DNA from: Tubulanus polymorphus
Lineage: Eukaryota; Animalia; Nemertea
NCBI RefSeq assembly: GCF_964204645.1
Contig: NC_134026.1
Span: 18,510,150 to 18,574,149, forward strand
DNA length: 64,000 nt
Direction of reading: 5' to 3'
A program made the position numbers and the translations under genes. Positions 49,021 to 62,974 of this stretch are shown here, one piece after another. The notes below the pieces were generated by a model that had not been told where the DNA came from, did no database searches, and worked only from the letters and a program-made list of their open reading frames with translations. Position 1 is the stretch's first letter, and every line of letters begins with the position of its first letter.

Positions 49021-50498
49021 GCTCTCAAGTCAGGTTGAAATAGACATTAGGCAGTAATCTATTTGTGGGATTTTTGGGACTATTTCATGCCTTCCTCAGC
49101 AAATTTATTTTTACTGAGACTGCTGTCTGAATCACAGCAGGGGCTCCAGGACGGAACGGGGGTTCCCCCGGCTCTTTTCTGACCAAGTGCCCTTTTGAAA
49201 ATCACGTGTGAAAAATTCCACCCGACATTGATCTATGACGAAAATCCCCAGTACTTCTTAAAGCAATTATATGCACAAAAATTGCATAAAAATGTGCCTG
49301 ATTTTTCAAAATGCCGGTACGTTCTCCACAAGTAGTAAAGCAGGCCTACCCTTGTAAAAGCCTATGAAGTGAATCCCCCCTTTTGATCAGCCTCGATCAG
49401 CCCTGGGGCTGGTATCAGAGTTTCAGTAGAGGCCTACCGGTACCTAATTGGTGGTATGCTTTTATAGGCCTAATGGATGGGCTACCATCCCTGTACAAAG
49501 ATTATAAAAGTGTAAAAATGATTATCTGTTAATCAAATGTCATACATTGTTGACAATGGATTAACAGATTATCATTTTTACAAGCCCTGTAGTCTGAATA
49601 AACCCTTACTTTTATTACCATTTTACACTGATTGCTAAAAAGTGTTGGTGACTGAATTTTGAATGTTTTTTTATTATTTCTAGCATGAAAATGTAGGCCC
49701 TTTTTATAAACCCTCATTCTTAAGTGTTGTGTTAAGCTTAGCGTACATCGATAAAATGACTGGAAACAACTAGTCTCTATTGAGCGAGTACCACGCGCAC
49801 ATCGAAAATCTAGTAAAAACCAGCAACTGCATGGCTCATGCCGGTCGCTTGTTGCGCGTGGCTCTAGAGGGGCTTGAGGGAACATTTGCGATTGCCGATG
49901 ATATTATCGTGGCCCAGGCCTTGAAGTTGGGAAAATCAGACCTGTAGCAAAAACATTTCAAAATGCTCTGGGTTGAGCATTTTACCAAAGACCATCAGCT
50001 TTTTAGAATCCCAATTTGCCTCCGTAATCTTAAAAGCCCATGGCAAAAATTGTGACACATATATATATATTACATGTATTTACAGTAAGGGATACATTAT
50101 GGATCAGTCACTCTGAATTGGTAAGTAAGTCATCACATCACATTAATCGTACATACATTCAGAGTCACTATTATATGACTGAGAGTCTAAATCTAAATCC
50201 TGTTTATAATTTCGCGCACCATATGGACGAATATTGGGCTGCCTCTCGCGACAGCCCGAAACCAACCGCTGTTTGACGACTGGTGTTGCATCAAATTCCT
50301 CAATGGGAACTCTTGGCCAAAATTCGTACTAACGATTCCATGATTTCAGGGGCAAGGCAATGCCGCCAGTCTTCCAGATTACACTTTGTTACGGAAAAGC
50401 GGTATAGTCGATATCATTCTTATCAACCGGAGAATATTTGTATATTTCTGTGAGATACTAGGATACATTATATACATTCGAATACAAGGCTAGGAATT

Positions 50499-52185
50499 TG
50501 TCGAATAAACACTATAATCCGTGTAAACTGTAGATAAATGAAGAAATCCCACACTTCGAATTTGAAATTATACGATCAAATTTATTATAATGAAACCACA
50601 ACGTTTCAGCTGTTGACTAACAGCCATCATCAGGTGGAATGACCAGAAAAACAAGTAACAAAGCATATAAACTCACAGGATCTAAAATAGAAGCAGTGTG
50701 TCAAAACTAAAGATAAACAGACCAAGCAATAAAACATCAAGGGGTACCGTGGAAACCACAGCAATTCTAAACAGTTCAGAGTAAAAACAAATTATGTAAC
50801 TAAGTGAAGTGGACTGAAGAGGGTGGCGATAACAGAGTGACACATAGTGACATTAACCCAAATCTAATAAAGAATTGATGTAGTAAATTGGATTTCGAAA
50901 GTTTACATATAAGGGCTGATTCCACTATGTGTCTCTTATGAATATCTTTACAAGGATAAATTAGTTTCGAATACTGAAAGTCAAATTGGTGATTGGTTGT
51001 AAAGACATGATTCGCTATTCCACTCTCAGGCTTTTGGTTGCGGATATCTATTTTGTGTTCTTTAATACCCTGACTGAGATTACGTCCCGTTTCGCCGATG
51101 TACATTATATTACAGTCTTTACATGGTATCTTATAGACCCCGGACTCAATTAGCTCACTGTTGGGTTTATTTTTGGTTAAAACATTAGTGAGTTTGTAAT
51201 TATACTGAAAGACTAATCTAGTGTCGATGGTGCTTAATGTGGATTTAAAGCGTTCCAAAGTAGGTAAATACGGGATTATAATATTCTTTTGAGCTCTGCG
51301 TTTTGTGGTCAGGTCATTACGTCCAAAGTGAGAAATTCGGGCTTTGAAATAAGCTTTGTTCAAAATTTTGTCTGGATAGGCTAGTTTCTTGAGAGCAGTT
51401 CTTATATGTTTGATTTCTTTATCTAAAAACATTTGATCACAAATACGTAGAGCTCGAAGAAATATTCCTTGGGCTATTCCAATTTTGATGTTCAAAGGAG
51501 TAAATGAGAAAAAATGAAGATAAGCTTCAGCGTTAGTCGGTTTTCTATATACAGAGAATTTCAAATTTGTTTTGAAATTATGAATGAGTACATCGAGAAA
51601 CGGGATGCAATTATTTTCTTCCCACTCAAAAGTGAAATTCAAAGTAGGATATAAAGAGTTCAAATAATGTAAGAATCCATTCACATTAAAATCGGGGGAA
51701 ACTAAAAGAATATCATCAACGTAACGTCGCCAAATTTTGGGTCTACTTTCAGTGTAAAGAGGAAGAATTTCACTTTCGACATGTTCCAAAAATAAACCAG
51801 CAAGAACAGGGGAAAGTGGGTTACCCATAGCCATACCAAAAATCTGTTCAAAAAAGTTAGAACCAAATTGAAAATATAAGTTTTTTGTACAAAGTTCAAT
51901 TAAGTCCAAAAGACAATCACCCGGTATATCAAAATGAAAATCTAAAGTAGGTAACTTTTTCCTAAGAAAGTCCAAAGTAGGTTCTAAAGGAACATAAGTG
52001 AATAAGCTAGCAACATCAAAAGATATATATTTATCATGCCCAGGAATAACATTTTTTAAACATTCCTATAAGTCCTGGTTATGGCGTAAATGGGCATTCG
52101 AAAATGAGCCAAGAACCGGTGAAAGAGTTTTAGCCAAATATTTAGATAGTCTATAGGATGGTGAATCACAATTGGAGATGATCAG
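50499..52185 (-). mobile_element. Penelope-like element (RT + GIY-YIG, 391-aa ORF 51975-50800), 5'-truncated, with pLTR
   Basis: GMAMGNPLSP, RYVDD, SGVYKIPCKDC..YIGETGR, NH..HQFD, RHIVESALI. Confidence 0.95.
50596..50637 (-). ncRNA. Minimal type I hammerhead ribozyme in Penelope pLTR (G-U at base of stem II)
   Basis: CCAC-CUGAUGA-U-GGCUGUU-AGUC-AACAGCU-GAAAC-GUU-GUGG. Confidence 0.72.
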
Positions 52186-52211
52186 TTAGGGACCGTACCA
52201 GGCTTGGCATA

Positions 52212-52326
52212 ACTGTTTAGAATTGCTGTGGTTTCCACGGTACCCCTTGATGTTTTTTTGCTTGGTCTGTTTATCTTTAGTTTTGACACACTGCTTCCAT
52301 TTTAGATCCTGTGAGTTTATATGCTT
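52212..52326 (+). repeat. Inverted partial pLTR at the Penelope 5' junction
   Basis: Reverse complement of about 50660-50776. Confidence 0.85.
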
Positions 52327-52329
52327 ATT

Positions 52330-55300
52330 GCATCTCTTAATCACACGGCCAATTTGCTGGTCTACAATGATCGTTGCTTGCAGTAGCTCATCTTCATCCA
52401 TAAAATTAGCAAATCTGCTTTTCTTACAATCGAGTCTACGATTTTCCGCCTGTCAATTTCAAGATTATTGACCAGCTCTATGTTTTCTTTTATTTGCCTG
52501 TGTTTTCTTTGATTTGCGGATTCTGTTGATAAAGACATGCGAGATGATCACCATCAGTGACATTAAACGATTCTATTTCACTAATCAATATATCAATTTC
52601 TATTCGCACACACGATATCGATTTCTCGTTACTTTGCATTGATATTGAAAGAACAGAGAGTTTTGTTGCTATATCCAGATACACGCCACAGTACAGTTTG
52701 AACATTTCTGAAGCTATGTGCTTCAAATACCCCTTGACCTTAGCCACATCATCTGATTTGATATCCGATCGTTCTCCTGAGGCCATGTCATTCATGTGAT
52801 CGATTTTGACGCTTAGATTACGTAACATGGCTTTGACGCCGTGACTTTGTGATCATTCCATCTTGTCCCGGATGACTTGGGCGGTTTTAAAACTGTCAAG
52901 CCTTGTACGGTCCCTAGGTCCTTCAGTTCACGCAATCGCTTTGCTGAATTTTTGTTGAAATAATTCATTCGCATCAACATTTCATCAATAACCTGCAAGT
53001 AAATCATAACAAAAAGAAATTTTACTGATTTTTTCTATCAAATAAAGTACCGGTGGCTGAGCTACATAGTAAAATACTTACTTTTGAGAAGTATGTTGAT
53101 TTGAAGAAAGCATCTTTCAAAGCCATTTCAAGCTTATGAGCTACACAGTGAATACCAATAACCCATGGATGGTCAGCCTGTACTTTGGTTATTATGCCAT
53201 TTCTACATCCAAAATTGACAGCTGCTCCATTAGCTGCAATGGAAACTAAACTATTTGTATCCAAGTTAAGTTCTGCACATTTACTCATAATTGCATCATG
53301 AATAGTACTTGCATATTTCACATGACAAAAACTGAAATAGACATAAAGAAACGAAATTATGAAATAAAGTAAATTAATTTGTTGCAGCAGTTGCTGTTTC
53401 AACGATAGGCTTTTTGATGTTTTCCTCCTTCAAATATTTGCCTTTTCAGATATGAAATTCTGACATTGTTTTGTAACTAATATAGAAATATTAACGCTTA
53501 CAGCAAGTTTTACCAGCTCTAATTACCCATACCCATTTTAGTTTGCATGTTTATTTATTAGCTGTATTTTCTACTCATTATTATTATATGTATTGTTTTT
53601 ATTATTTATACTTATTATAACTATTATCTCGATCATAACCTTAGTTTATATTTTGAGTTTTGTTAATAATCATTTGTAGCCAATATTTCTAGTATGTCTT
53701 TTATATACATATGAATTTGCTAATAATGTACTATTACTGTACCTCAGTGAATTCTATACTGTAAATCTTTATTTGAAAATTAAATTCTACATTAAAAGAA
53801 ACAAGAAAATTAATTTTAGAAAATTATTTGACGCCTGCGAAAAAAATGTATAATTTCTGGGCTAAGCTAATGTGGAATTGCAAATTTGAAATCGAAGTTT
53901 TAAGAAATTTGGGGAATGATGAGATTTTGCGATTGGGTAGATGATACAGCGGGTCTTCGACTCTAGTAGTGGTTTAAATTTTTTTATTGAAAATTCTCAA
54001 TAATTGATCGCGAACTTGCGACCGACTTCATTTACTTATGCCTCTAAGCTGGTCTGCAACTTCATTGCCTCCATGGTTGAAGAACGAGCTCTTCTGATGT
54101 CTGCTTCATCATGACTTCGAGCATATCGTGTGGCCTAGCCAGCCGGCCCAGGCCACGGGTTTGGCTGTCACTCGATATCCTAGAGTCTTGAGTCTGGGTG
54201 GGTTGAAGTAGACATTGTCATTTAAAATAACATGCTTATGTTGTTCTGTATGAATTACCCGTGTGTCATGTATGTTGTATTAATTTATTTTAAAATTTGT
54301 ATTTATTGAATTTGGGAATTTTATCCAGAAATTTCAATGTAATAAGGATCAATAAAGAATTGAATTGAATTGTCACCTAATACACATGCCATCAGAGGAC
54401 GCGGAGCCGTATATGATAGCTATGCTATTATAAATTGCTTATCTCACGAAACCTGCATACTCCTAATATCAAACATATTTTCTAAAACGTTTGAATATTG
54501 AAATTATATGTTTACACATTTTCATATTGACCGCTTGTAGCCGCTGATGAAATTCACGCCGGCCCTACACACATCGTATATAGCTTCGTCATTCCACCGG
54601 CATGCACACGTCAGGGTCTGACTTTTATATCAGACTTCCAAATCGTGTATACATCCGCCATTTAACCGAATAATCCGATTTACTTATCATTTCTATTTAT
54701 GCCTGCCGCTTCTGATATAATCATACATCCTTTACTATTACAATACGTCTTCTAATGATATTCAATGCAATATAACATTTCGACGTTCAAATATAGGTCA
54801 TTATATAATCACAGGAAGCCATTCTACATCTATGTCAATAATATTTTGCCAGATAGCTTATTTGTGTACACATAGACCTGTGACGTTTTGCACATCGATT
54901 TACGGCTGTCGTTTGTAAAATGACGCTGAATGGTTAACATTGTTTAGGTTTCATAATGGTAACGTTTTATAAGGCGTCAAAAAATTCCGACATTGTTTAT
55001 TATTCCGATAGCTAATGCCGACTTCGACACCAAATTTATGTACTTGTTGGATAAGTGGTTCGAATGATGTGAACGGAAATTCCAAATATGCCACAGTGTA
55101 CGCAAGTTTAATTAATTTTTTTTTTTGACGCTCGAATGCGATTGCATCTATGTTCGTGATTGATTTGACGATTGTTCGTTCACTTAATCTCGTTGTATCC
55201 TCTGCCTCTTTTTTTGCCGTGATTGCTTTTGGTGACCGGCACTCTTCTCGTGTTTAACTGCATTGTTTTTTTTTTCACGATGGAGGTTCCCTCAATGTAG

Positions 55301-55620
55301 TTACCATTACTAGCCAACAATTGTTTCTGACTGACATTCAATTTGGATTGAGCTCCCTCCTAAAAATCACACCAAATTCTCTCAACAAATTTGCGGTTTG
55401 CGGAATATCCAATATAATCAAGTTTCCACTTAACAACCGCAGACGTTTTGACCAAATTTTTACGGTTTTTGACCACCACTGGAACTAAAATTGTCATTTC
55501 CGGAGCAGCTGAAGATTCATTCGTCGAAGATGAAAGCGTCGGAGGTTCTATCGTCAAATTCACTGTATTTTGCTGATCTCCTGTTGTTTTAGACAATACC
55601 AAGAAATTTGACATGTTACT
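52330..55620 (-). pseudogene. Fragmented intron-containing hAT-family (ZNF862-like) transposase
   Basis: IWCDF...KHEKSAGH...AYTVAYLEFPFTSF...GVEVGISYRNNKQC (about 55.6-54.9 kb); ANGAAVNFG...IHCVAHKLEMALKDAF (53.3-53.1 kb); SGTRW (52.9 kb). Confidence 0.75.
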
Positions 55621-55813
55621 CCATTGATTCGAGTAAATTTTTCGTTTTTTGTGGATGGCAAAGCCATGGTGATGTGCTGAATATAACGAGTTCAGTAATG
55701 CTAATGTTGTGACGAAATAATGAGATATATACAGTCTTGTCCAGATTGACAAACTATTCTTACTTAGGGGTAGAATAAAAGGAATAAAAGAGTTACAACT
55801 AAAAACTAATTAA

Positions 55814-58766
55814 CCCTTTGGAACCTGGATTATTTTACAACAATACACTGAGCAGGACTGAATTAATTTTGGGTAAAACAAAGGAAACAAGTATTTACCA
55901 AGCCTTGAAACTCATAAACCAGTGGAGTTAGAGCTTCACTGTAAATGGTAGGTTAGTAGTACTCATTTCAAGCTTTCTTTTGATATATAGCATTTAGTAA
56001 TTATCAAAATTTTTTAGGGGTAAAAAGCCTGTTTTTCAATTAAAATGCGCATTTTTTGACAAATTTCGCTAGAATTCATAATTTTTTTTCTAGAAAAGCA
56101 CATGAGGTATTCATAACTGTTTTATGTTTAGAAATAATTGAAATAAATACCGTAAAGGTAAAAAATTTATTCAACAGAAGGTTAATGTTCACACGTTTTC
56201 ATCATGTACGCGAGTTCTGAAAACTTTCATATTGTTCTGAAAAACTTTCATATTGTTCATGCCTGTAACTTTCCATATCAAATTAATTAATTTGTATAAG
56301 GTTGTCCTACCTTACTGCTGCTGTAGTTGTTGTTGTTGTTCAAATATATCTCGAAACACAGCGTGACGCACAACGGAATGTGCGGCATACATGATTTGCA
56401 CTGAAAGTGCAATTGTCGCCGGTGAATATATTTGTTGTCGTCTCAGAGTGTGCAAACTACACAGTCAGGTCTACCAGCTATCTTTTCAATAAAATGACGC
56501 TCACTCAGCCTGAATGGCAAATCAACATTCATGACGCGACGACCTGGAGTATGCGACCCACGTTGGTAATTTACAAGTAACTGATGGCAAATCTTTAGAT
56601 GAAAATCTTGGTTTGTCAAACATTTTTCTGGATTTGTTGACTTGTACATAATATACGCATTTGATGTTGCTGTTATAAGCAAATGGAGAAAAATTTTTTC
56701 CACCATTTCATGCTTCTGTGCATAATTGCATAATACGAGTTATACTGATCAGACTTATCCACACCACCCATGTTTCTGTTGTAGTCCTCAACCACATTCG
56801 GTTTACGAATTTCACGATAACCGTCTTCACTGTCACGTCCCCATATTCTTTTTCGAGTAACGCCTGAATTACTGATGCTAGATAACATGCACCCAGGCCT
56901 TTTCTCGAACCAGCCAATAGCAAGGAAATCGTCTGTATTATGCAACATAAACAATGGCGATAGTGCTTCCAGTACAGGTTTTCTTGTTGATTTCTTGAAC
57001 TTTGCGAGCATGATAGGATTTCCTTGCCTATTCGATTTCACAGTGCCACAAAATCCAATATTACGATGCTTCAGTTGTGAAACTAATGCAGCACTAGTGA
57101 AAAAATTGTCACAAAATATACGCTGACCAGTTTCTACATTTTGACTGAGCTGAATAACTACACTCGGCCCCAGATTTACAGTTCGCTCCTCTCTTGCACC
57201 TCGATATAAATTCCATTCATGAACAAAACTGGATGATGAACTAGCAAGTACCCATCCTTTCAGTCCCCATTTTGTTGTGTTGGCTTATTTCGTTAGTATT
57301 GTTTTAGTATTGTTCTGCCCTTGAAGGCAACCATAGCCTCATCAACTGAGATATTGCGCTCCATGTAAAAAGCGTCTTGCCATGCTGCAACCAGTTTTTC
57401 TACGAAAGCTTGGATTTTATAAGCAGGATCATAACCTTGCTGGCCTCGCGGTATCATATGCTCATTGTCAACTACGTGCAGGAATCATAGAATCATGAGA
57501 AAGCGATCACGACTCATAATATTACGGAAACCTTTCATTTCGATAAGTGGGTCTGTTGACCAGTGTAGTTATTAGTTGGCTCTAGGTGTAATGGACATAA
57601 TAATGAAACAACACAGAAAAGCGTTTAGGCCTATCTCTTCTGGACTCACATCTTTCCAGGCTTCAATAGTAGATTCCTTTACTAGGTTTGAGTCTACACA
57701 CTGACGATAATAACGATTTGTTTCGGGAAATCCGGAAATGCGTGCCGGAAAAAGTCAATAGGCATTTTTTCAGTAGTGTCGAATTTAAACATGCCAGGTG
57801 CAACACAATTATAGTCTGGAAGCCAATCAGGAACAATATGATGCCCATCATCTTCAGTCCTGTTTAGATCTGGAACTCGACTCAACAACTACCGGGGCAG
57901 CAGCACGACGCCCTCTGCCCCTGCCTCCTCCACGGGCCCTTTCACGGATAGCCCAACCTCCTCTGGGTCCGTTTATATTATTAACAGGCAGTGGGCTGGC
58001 AATGACACCTCTAGGACCAGGTGTTATGGCACGTCTAGGACCGCGTGTTCTAGGTCTACACAACCTCGCTTCTCCTACCCGTGTTTGAACTCTACCTGGC
58101 CTGCTCGGACTTGCATGTGGCTCAGAAGCTGTCGATCTGGCTGGTTGGACCAGCTGTTGAGGGGGTTGGTCCTCATCAGCAGAATCTGAATAATCATAAA
58201 TGAAATTATTATTAGTATTATTATTATCATCATTTGAATGTTCAGATTGACTAAAATAATTTGGATTACCTGAAATATCACTCCCATCATCATCATCAAG
58301 GCCTTGGGCCTGTGATTCATCATGAGAATGGCTCGATTCGTTATCTGATTCTATGTAATCATCATCAGAATCTGGCCCTTATCCGACATCCTCATCTTCT
58401 GAGCCTTCGTCGGCAATCAGTTCGAGGATTTCTTCATCTGTCAGAAATTTCCGAGGCATGTTTAGCAAAATAAACAATGCGAAAGACACACGTCTGTTTC
58501 CTGGTTGTCAAATCTACGAAACCGCCACCTGCCGATTCAACGCGAATTTCTCGAGAATTTTTAATTATACGCTATGAGTTTGTGTACCGAAATGACTTCA
58601 TTGGAGAGGTCCAAAGGCGCATACTGCTTGTCGTTACTAAATTTAAAACTTTCATTGTGCTATAGCGGTTACAAGGCGAAACGTCGACCTCTCGCAAATT
58701 TGCGAGATCAGTCCATTCGGCGTCATTTCGTTCTCTCGCAAATTTGCGAGAGCTGGTTCCAAAGGG
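55814..58766 (-). mobile_element. Full-length piggyBac transposon with inactivated transposase
   Basis: TTAA|ccctttggaacc ... ggttccaaaggg|TTAA; MPRKFLTDEEI start at about 58459, MSRDRF, SVDEAMVAFKGR, CDNFFTS, YNRNMGGVDKSDQ, KWWKK, C-terminal Cys-rich domain; many frameshifts. Confidence 0.95.
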
Positions 58767-58770
58767 TTAA

Positions 58771-59135
58771 AACTATTAAAGGTTACCGCTCCGCGATTTT
58801 CCAAACATTGCGTGCTTCTAGGTGGCCACATGTAACAACGGATCATCGGATATCCCAGCAGCTAGTTGCAAGGTTTTTTGTTTTCTGGCCTTGGGTATCG
58901 AGGATAGTTCCACCATGCGAACCGTCAGTAATTTTGAAGAAGTTAATGAAGGCTCCATTTGAACCTCTTTTACGCGGGGTCATTTGCGTATTTGTCAAAA
59001 AAGACTGTTATCTTGCTGTTCTCGGCCCATCATTCTGAGATTCATGCACTTTCAGTTCGACTAGGTCATATTGTCTTCGGGCCAGTGAAGGAATTTGTTT
59101 CGCTGCGGCCTGCTTTTGAGTTTTTGGCAAAGAAC
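58771..59135 (+). mobile_element. DIRS-type tyrosine recombinase fragment
   Basis: KTIKGYRSAI, LMKAPFEPL, HALS, LRPAFEFLAKN across frameshifts. Confidence 0.65.
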
Positions 59136-59177
59136 TAGCGGCCAGGCTCGGTCGGTCGTCAATGGCGAATTGAAGCC

Positions 59178-59420
59178 CTAGTGAAAAGGCATCCTGTTCT
59201 CTTCTATTATTATACTCAAATCTTCACTATGGGTAAATATCACGTCTCGTGCACATTTAAAGTCCTTCACATAAGGATTGCATGCGTTAACTTCATCTGA
59301 TAATTTATCAATGGTGAGTGAGTTACGGTCACTGCATGTAGACTGATCTGAGATCAAGCTGGTATTTTGTTGGTCTGCTGCGAACCTTCTGTCAATTTGT
59401 CTTTGTAGGATCCTGAAATT
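59178..59420 (-). mobile_element. Possible Helitron Rep/helicase N-terminal fragment
   Basis: NPYVKDFKCA...DLSIIIEENR resembles the Helitron NPYV..FK.A motif; short. Confidence 0.4.
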
Positions 59421-59589
59421 CTCTTTGATGTCGGTTAGGTAGTCGTCAGCGTCAGTTATAAATTTATCCATGTCACCCTCCTTGACGGTCAGCAAGAGTT
59501 GTTGATCCAGATCGGTGAGGCAACAAAAGATTACGATTGAATATCCTTTCGGCCCCAATTCCAAACTCTGATCGCACACCATACACCAC

Positions 59590-61800
59590 CTCACCTAACT
59601 TTCTTCACAATATGAACTTCAGGACACTATCTATTAGCTAGCTTATGTTTGCCTTTTAAACCTACATTTCTGATCAATACTCTGTCACCTATCTCAAGAG
59701 CGCTACGTTTCACCTTGGAGTAATCATTTCTCCAAGGTTTCACATGCTGATTTGTACCGTGCCTGGTTATATCCAGCATTCACCAAGGCCTTCTCTTGAG
59801 CTAGTTTGTATGAGTCGTCAAGCTTTTGTCGGAGGTCTTCCACATATTTTGGGTAAGGCTCATCCTTTCCCGTATGACCTAGATCAAAAATCCTATCAAC
59901 TGCCAACCTAGGTTGTCAACCAAACATCAGTTCGAATGGTGAAAACCCAGTTGCATCATGTCTCGTACAATTTTATACATGTGTTAAGTACATCGACATA
60001 CTTTGACCAGTTGTCTTTCTTCGATTCTTCTAAAGTTCCTAACATGCCTAAGAGTGTCCGGTTCATTCTCTCACATTGGCCATTACTTGGCGGGTGCCAC
60101 GGTCTAGATAGAGAGTTTTTAATGCCTGCTATCTTCTTGAGCTGGACACAGAGCTTACTAGTGAAACAAGCACCTCTGTCTGAATGAAGCCTTCTAGGGA
60201 AACTAAAATCCAAGAAGAATTTTTTCCAAGAGTCTCAGCTACACTCTTAGTCGTCTGGTTCTTAGTCACCACTGCACGAGGAAATCTGGTGTAGTGGTGA
60301 GTGATGACCAAAACATTTTCTCGACCAGACTGGTCTGGCTCGATTGAAAGGAAATCTATGCATACAAGATCCATAGGTCCAGCTGAATAAAGACCAAGCA
60401 TAGGAGCAGCACTTGGATCTTTTGCCTTTAGTAGGATGCAGTTCTCACAGGTGGCACAGTAATTTTCGATGTACTGATTCATATTTGGCCAATAAAATCG
60501 ATCAACAGCAAGGGACATTGTTCTAACCGCACTCAGATGGCCCATGTCATCATGAAGTCCCTTCATGGCAGTTTTCAACAATTTATCGGGAACCACTAAT
60601 CGTCCAACTCGCTTACCCGACACTACTGATGTTTTATATAAAACACCATCATCAAAATAGAAACTCCCAAAGTTTCTCAGAAGTGTCTTCACCCGCAGAT
60701 TTTCTGCTCGCCTCTGTCTGGGCTTAGGTGGTCCATTCGAGTCATGCAAAAGATCGATCAATTTTTTAATGTCGGGATCCGACTGCTGTGCATCCATAAG
60801 CTCCTGTGATGTCAAGGATTTTATTTCGGAAAATTCAGTCTCCAAATCTACGACATCGTCTAACACCTGCCCATTGGCAGGTAGGCAATGTATTGTGGGG
60901 GACGTGCCCTTAGCCAAAATTGCATCGACAATGGCCAATCCTGGGGCACTGGACATCGTTTCTGCCGATGGTTTCACCCGACTTAACATGGACGGTCCGG
61001 ATCCGTGTTACTATCTTCGACCAGACTGTGGTCGCCTGGATAGCCCATCTGCATCCTGATTCTGTGAGCCTGCCCTATACTCCACATTAAAATCGTACAT
61101 GGCTAAGTCAGCCAGCCAGTTGCATGGCCAGTTGCATCCAACTTGGCTGTTGTTTGAACATAGGTCAGTGGGTTATTGTCAGTCACCACCTTGATGTTTT
61201 TTGATCCATATAAGTAGACGTGGAACTTATGGGTTACCGCCCAATGTAGGGCCAAGAACTCAAGTTTGTGTGCCGGATTGTTCTTTTCACTTTTGGAGAG
61301 TGATCGACTCGCAAAAGCTTCCGGTCGGTTAGAACCATTCTCTTTCTGATACAACACTGCACCAACTCGCAGTTCTCAAATATAGTCTCAGTCGTCTTAT
61401 CTGAACTAGTTGGTTCATGTACTGAAAAATTATGTCCACTCAAACCTACGTCTTTCTCCTTACCACCCTTGTGCCCGATTGGACGTATCCATTGAGGTAA
61501 AAATACATCGGCGATGTTACACTCAGGGGTATGGTAATCACTTTGGCTGAGTAATTAGTGACAGGGACCTTAACTCGTTTTTTCTTTCTTCATGCAGTGA
61601 CTTGTCTACTCTCTACTTGTAAGCCACCCGGTAGGTCGCTTCCATCTGAACAGGAGTCTATCAACGCTGGATAGTTACTCTTTACAGGTGTTGAATGTGA
61701 CATACAGTCAACGTAAACAGTCTGACCGGGGTTAACTTTCGTACTGTCAAGAGACAGCACTTTACCAACCTTGCCTGTTTCTGGGTCAATGAATTTCTCC
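59590..61800 (-). mobile_element. Ty3/Gypsy pol remnant (RNase H, integrase; RT deleted)
   Basis: AFASRSLSKSEKN..HKLEFLAL, VTDNNPL, LHDDMGH..RFYWP..CENC, VCIDFL, LHSDRG, HPPSNGQCER. Confidence 0.9.
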
Positions 61801-61822
61801 ATATTTACAATGGAATCCGATA

Positions 61823-61965
61823 TTTAGGGTTTTCTGTTTCTTCACAGAAAACCCTATTGAAATTCGCGTGATTATTAGGGTTTTCTGTTACATCACAGAA
61901 AACCCTATTGAGATTCGCGTGTTTCTTATTATTATTATTATTATTATTATTTTTTTTTTTCCACA
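61823..61965 (+). mobile_element. Probable Helentron/HINE-like 5' end with duplicated stem-loop
   Basis: Two tandem copies of tagggttttctg-N8-cagaaaaccctattg, followed by (att)n. Confidence 0.45.
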
Positions 61966-62974
61966 CTTTTTTGTCAAAAGTACATAGACTTTTTTACATT
62001 ACCGCTGTTGCCGATACAATCTGTCTGATATCATTCAGCTCACTTCGCTCTACAAATACTCCGTGCGAATATTGAAGAATCAACGTTACAAAAGCACTGT
62101 CGGGCCGTTTTTCTAAGTCGTCTTTCCGAAATCTATCGCACGTTTCTTGTCACGTCGATTATCAATTCAAGCATAAATTAACAAATTTATTACCCAAAGA
62201 TTGCACATTCTGTCGCGGTTTTTAAAAACTAATTTTAACAATAGCCCATTTTCCTCATCAAATCATATTACCGATATACAGGAAATTTACTACTTTAGAT
62301 TTTGAAAGCACTGTCCAGCCGTAAACATCCACGAATCGACGAGTGTCACTACATCGTCGTTCCGGGGATCAGCTGCGAGTTTCTCCTCATCATGAGAATC
62401 AAATCGAGTACAAATTAATTTATTACTACCAGTGATTTGGCCACGGGCCTCAAGCAGTTAGTTTAGCAATACCTATTTTTCTTTATCAAATTAACCGTGT
62501 ATTTACTAAGATAAATCATAAGTGTACCAGGGAGTCGTAGGCCTAAACGAAACACGCCGAAGAGATATAGCAGAGAAAAGCTGTCATGTCGACGAGGTAT
62601 CAAAATAAAAGAATATATTACTTTATTCGGCCGCAGGCCTCAACCTCTATATCAATACCATCAATACTCTATATTTCTACAGTACATACCGATCATTGTC
62701 AAATCCACAAGGTATTTACTAAATACAAGTATATAACACACTCCTATCCGTATGCTGGACTCACACTTGACATTCGGAGTAAGCGTTCGCTGTGGGGGAA
62801 AGGAGATCGTTCGCTGTGTCGCTTGAAGTGTTTATCAAGTTTAACGCGACCTTAAGGCTTTAGTATGGTGGCTGATAAGATAAAAAAACACGAATATGCA
62901 AATGAGGGCGACATTACGACAAAACTAAAATAACGCGAGATATCAATGATTTTGATTTTGCATTCATTTGATTT

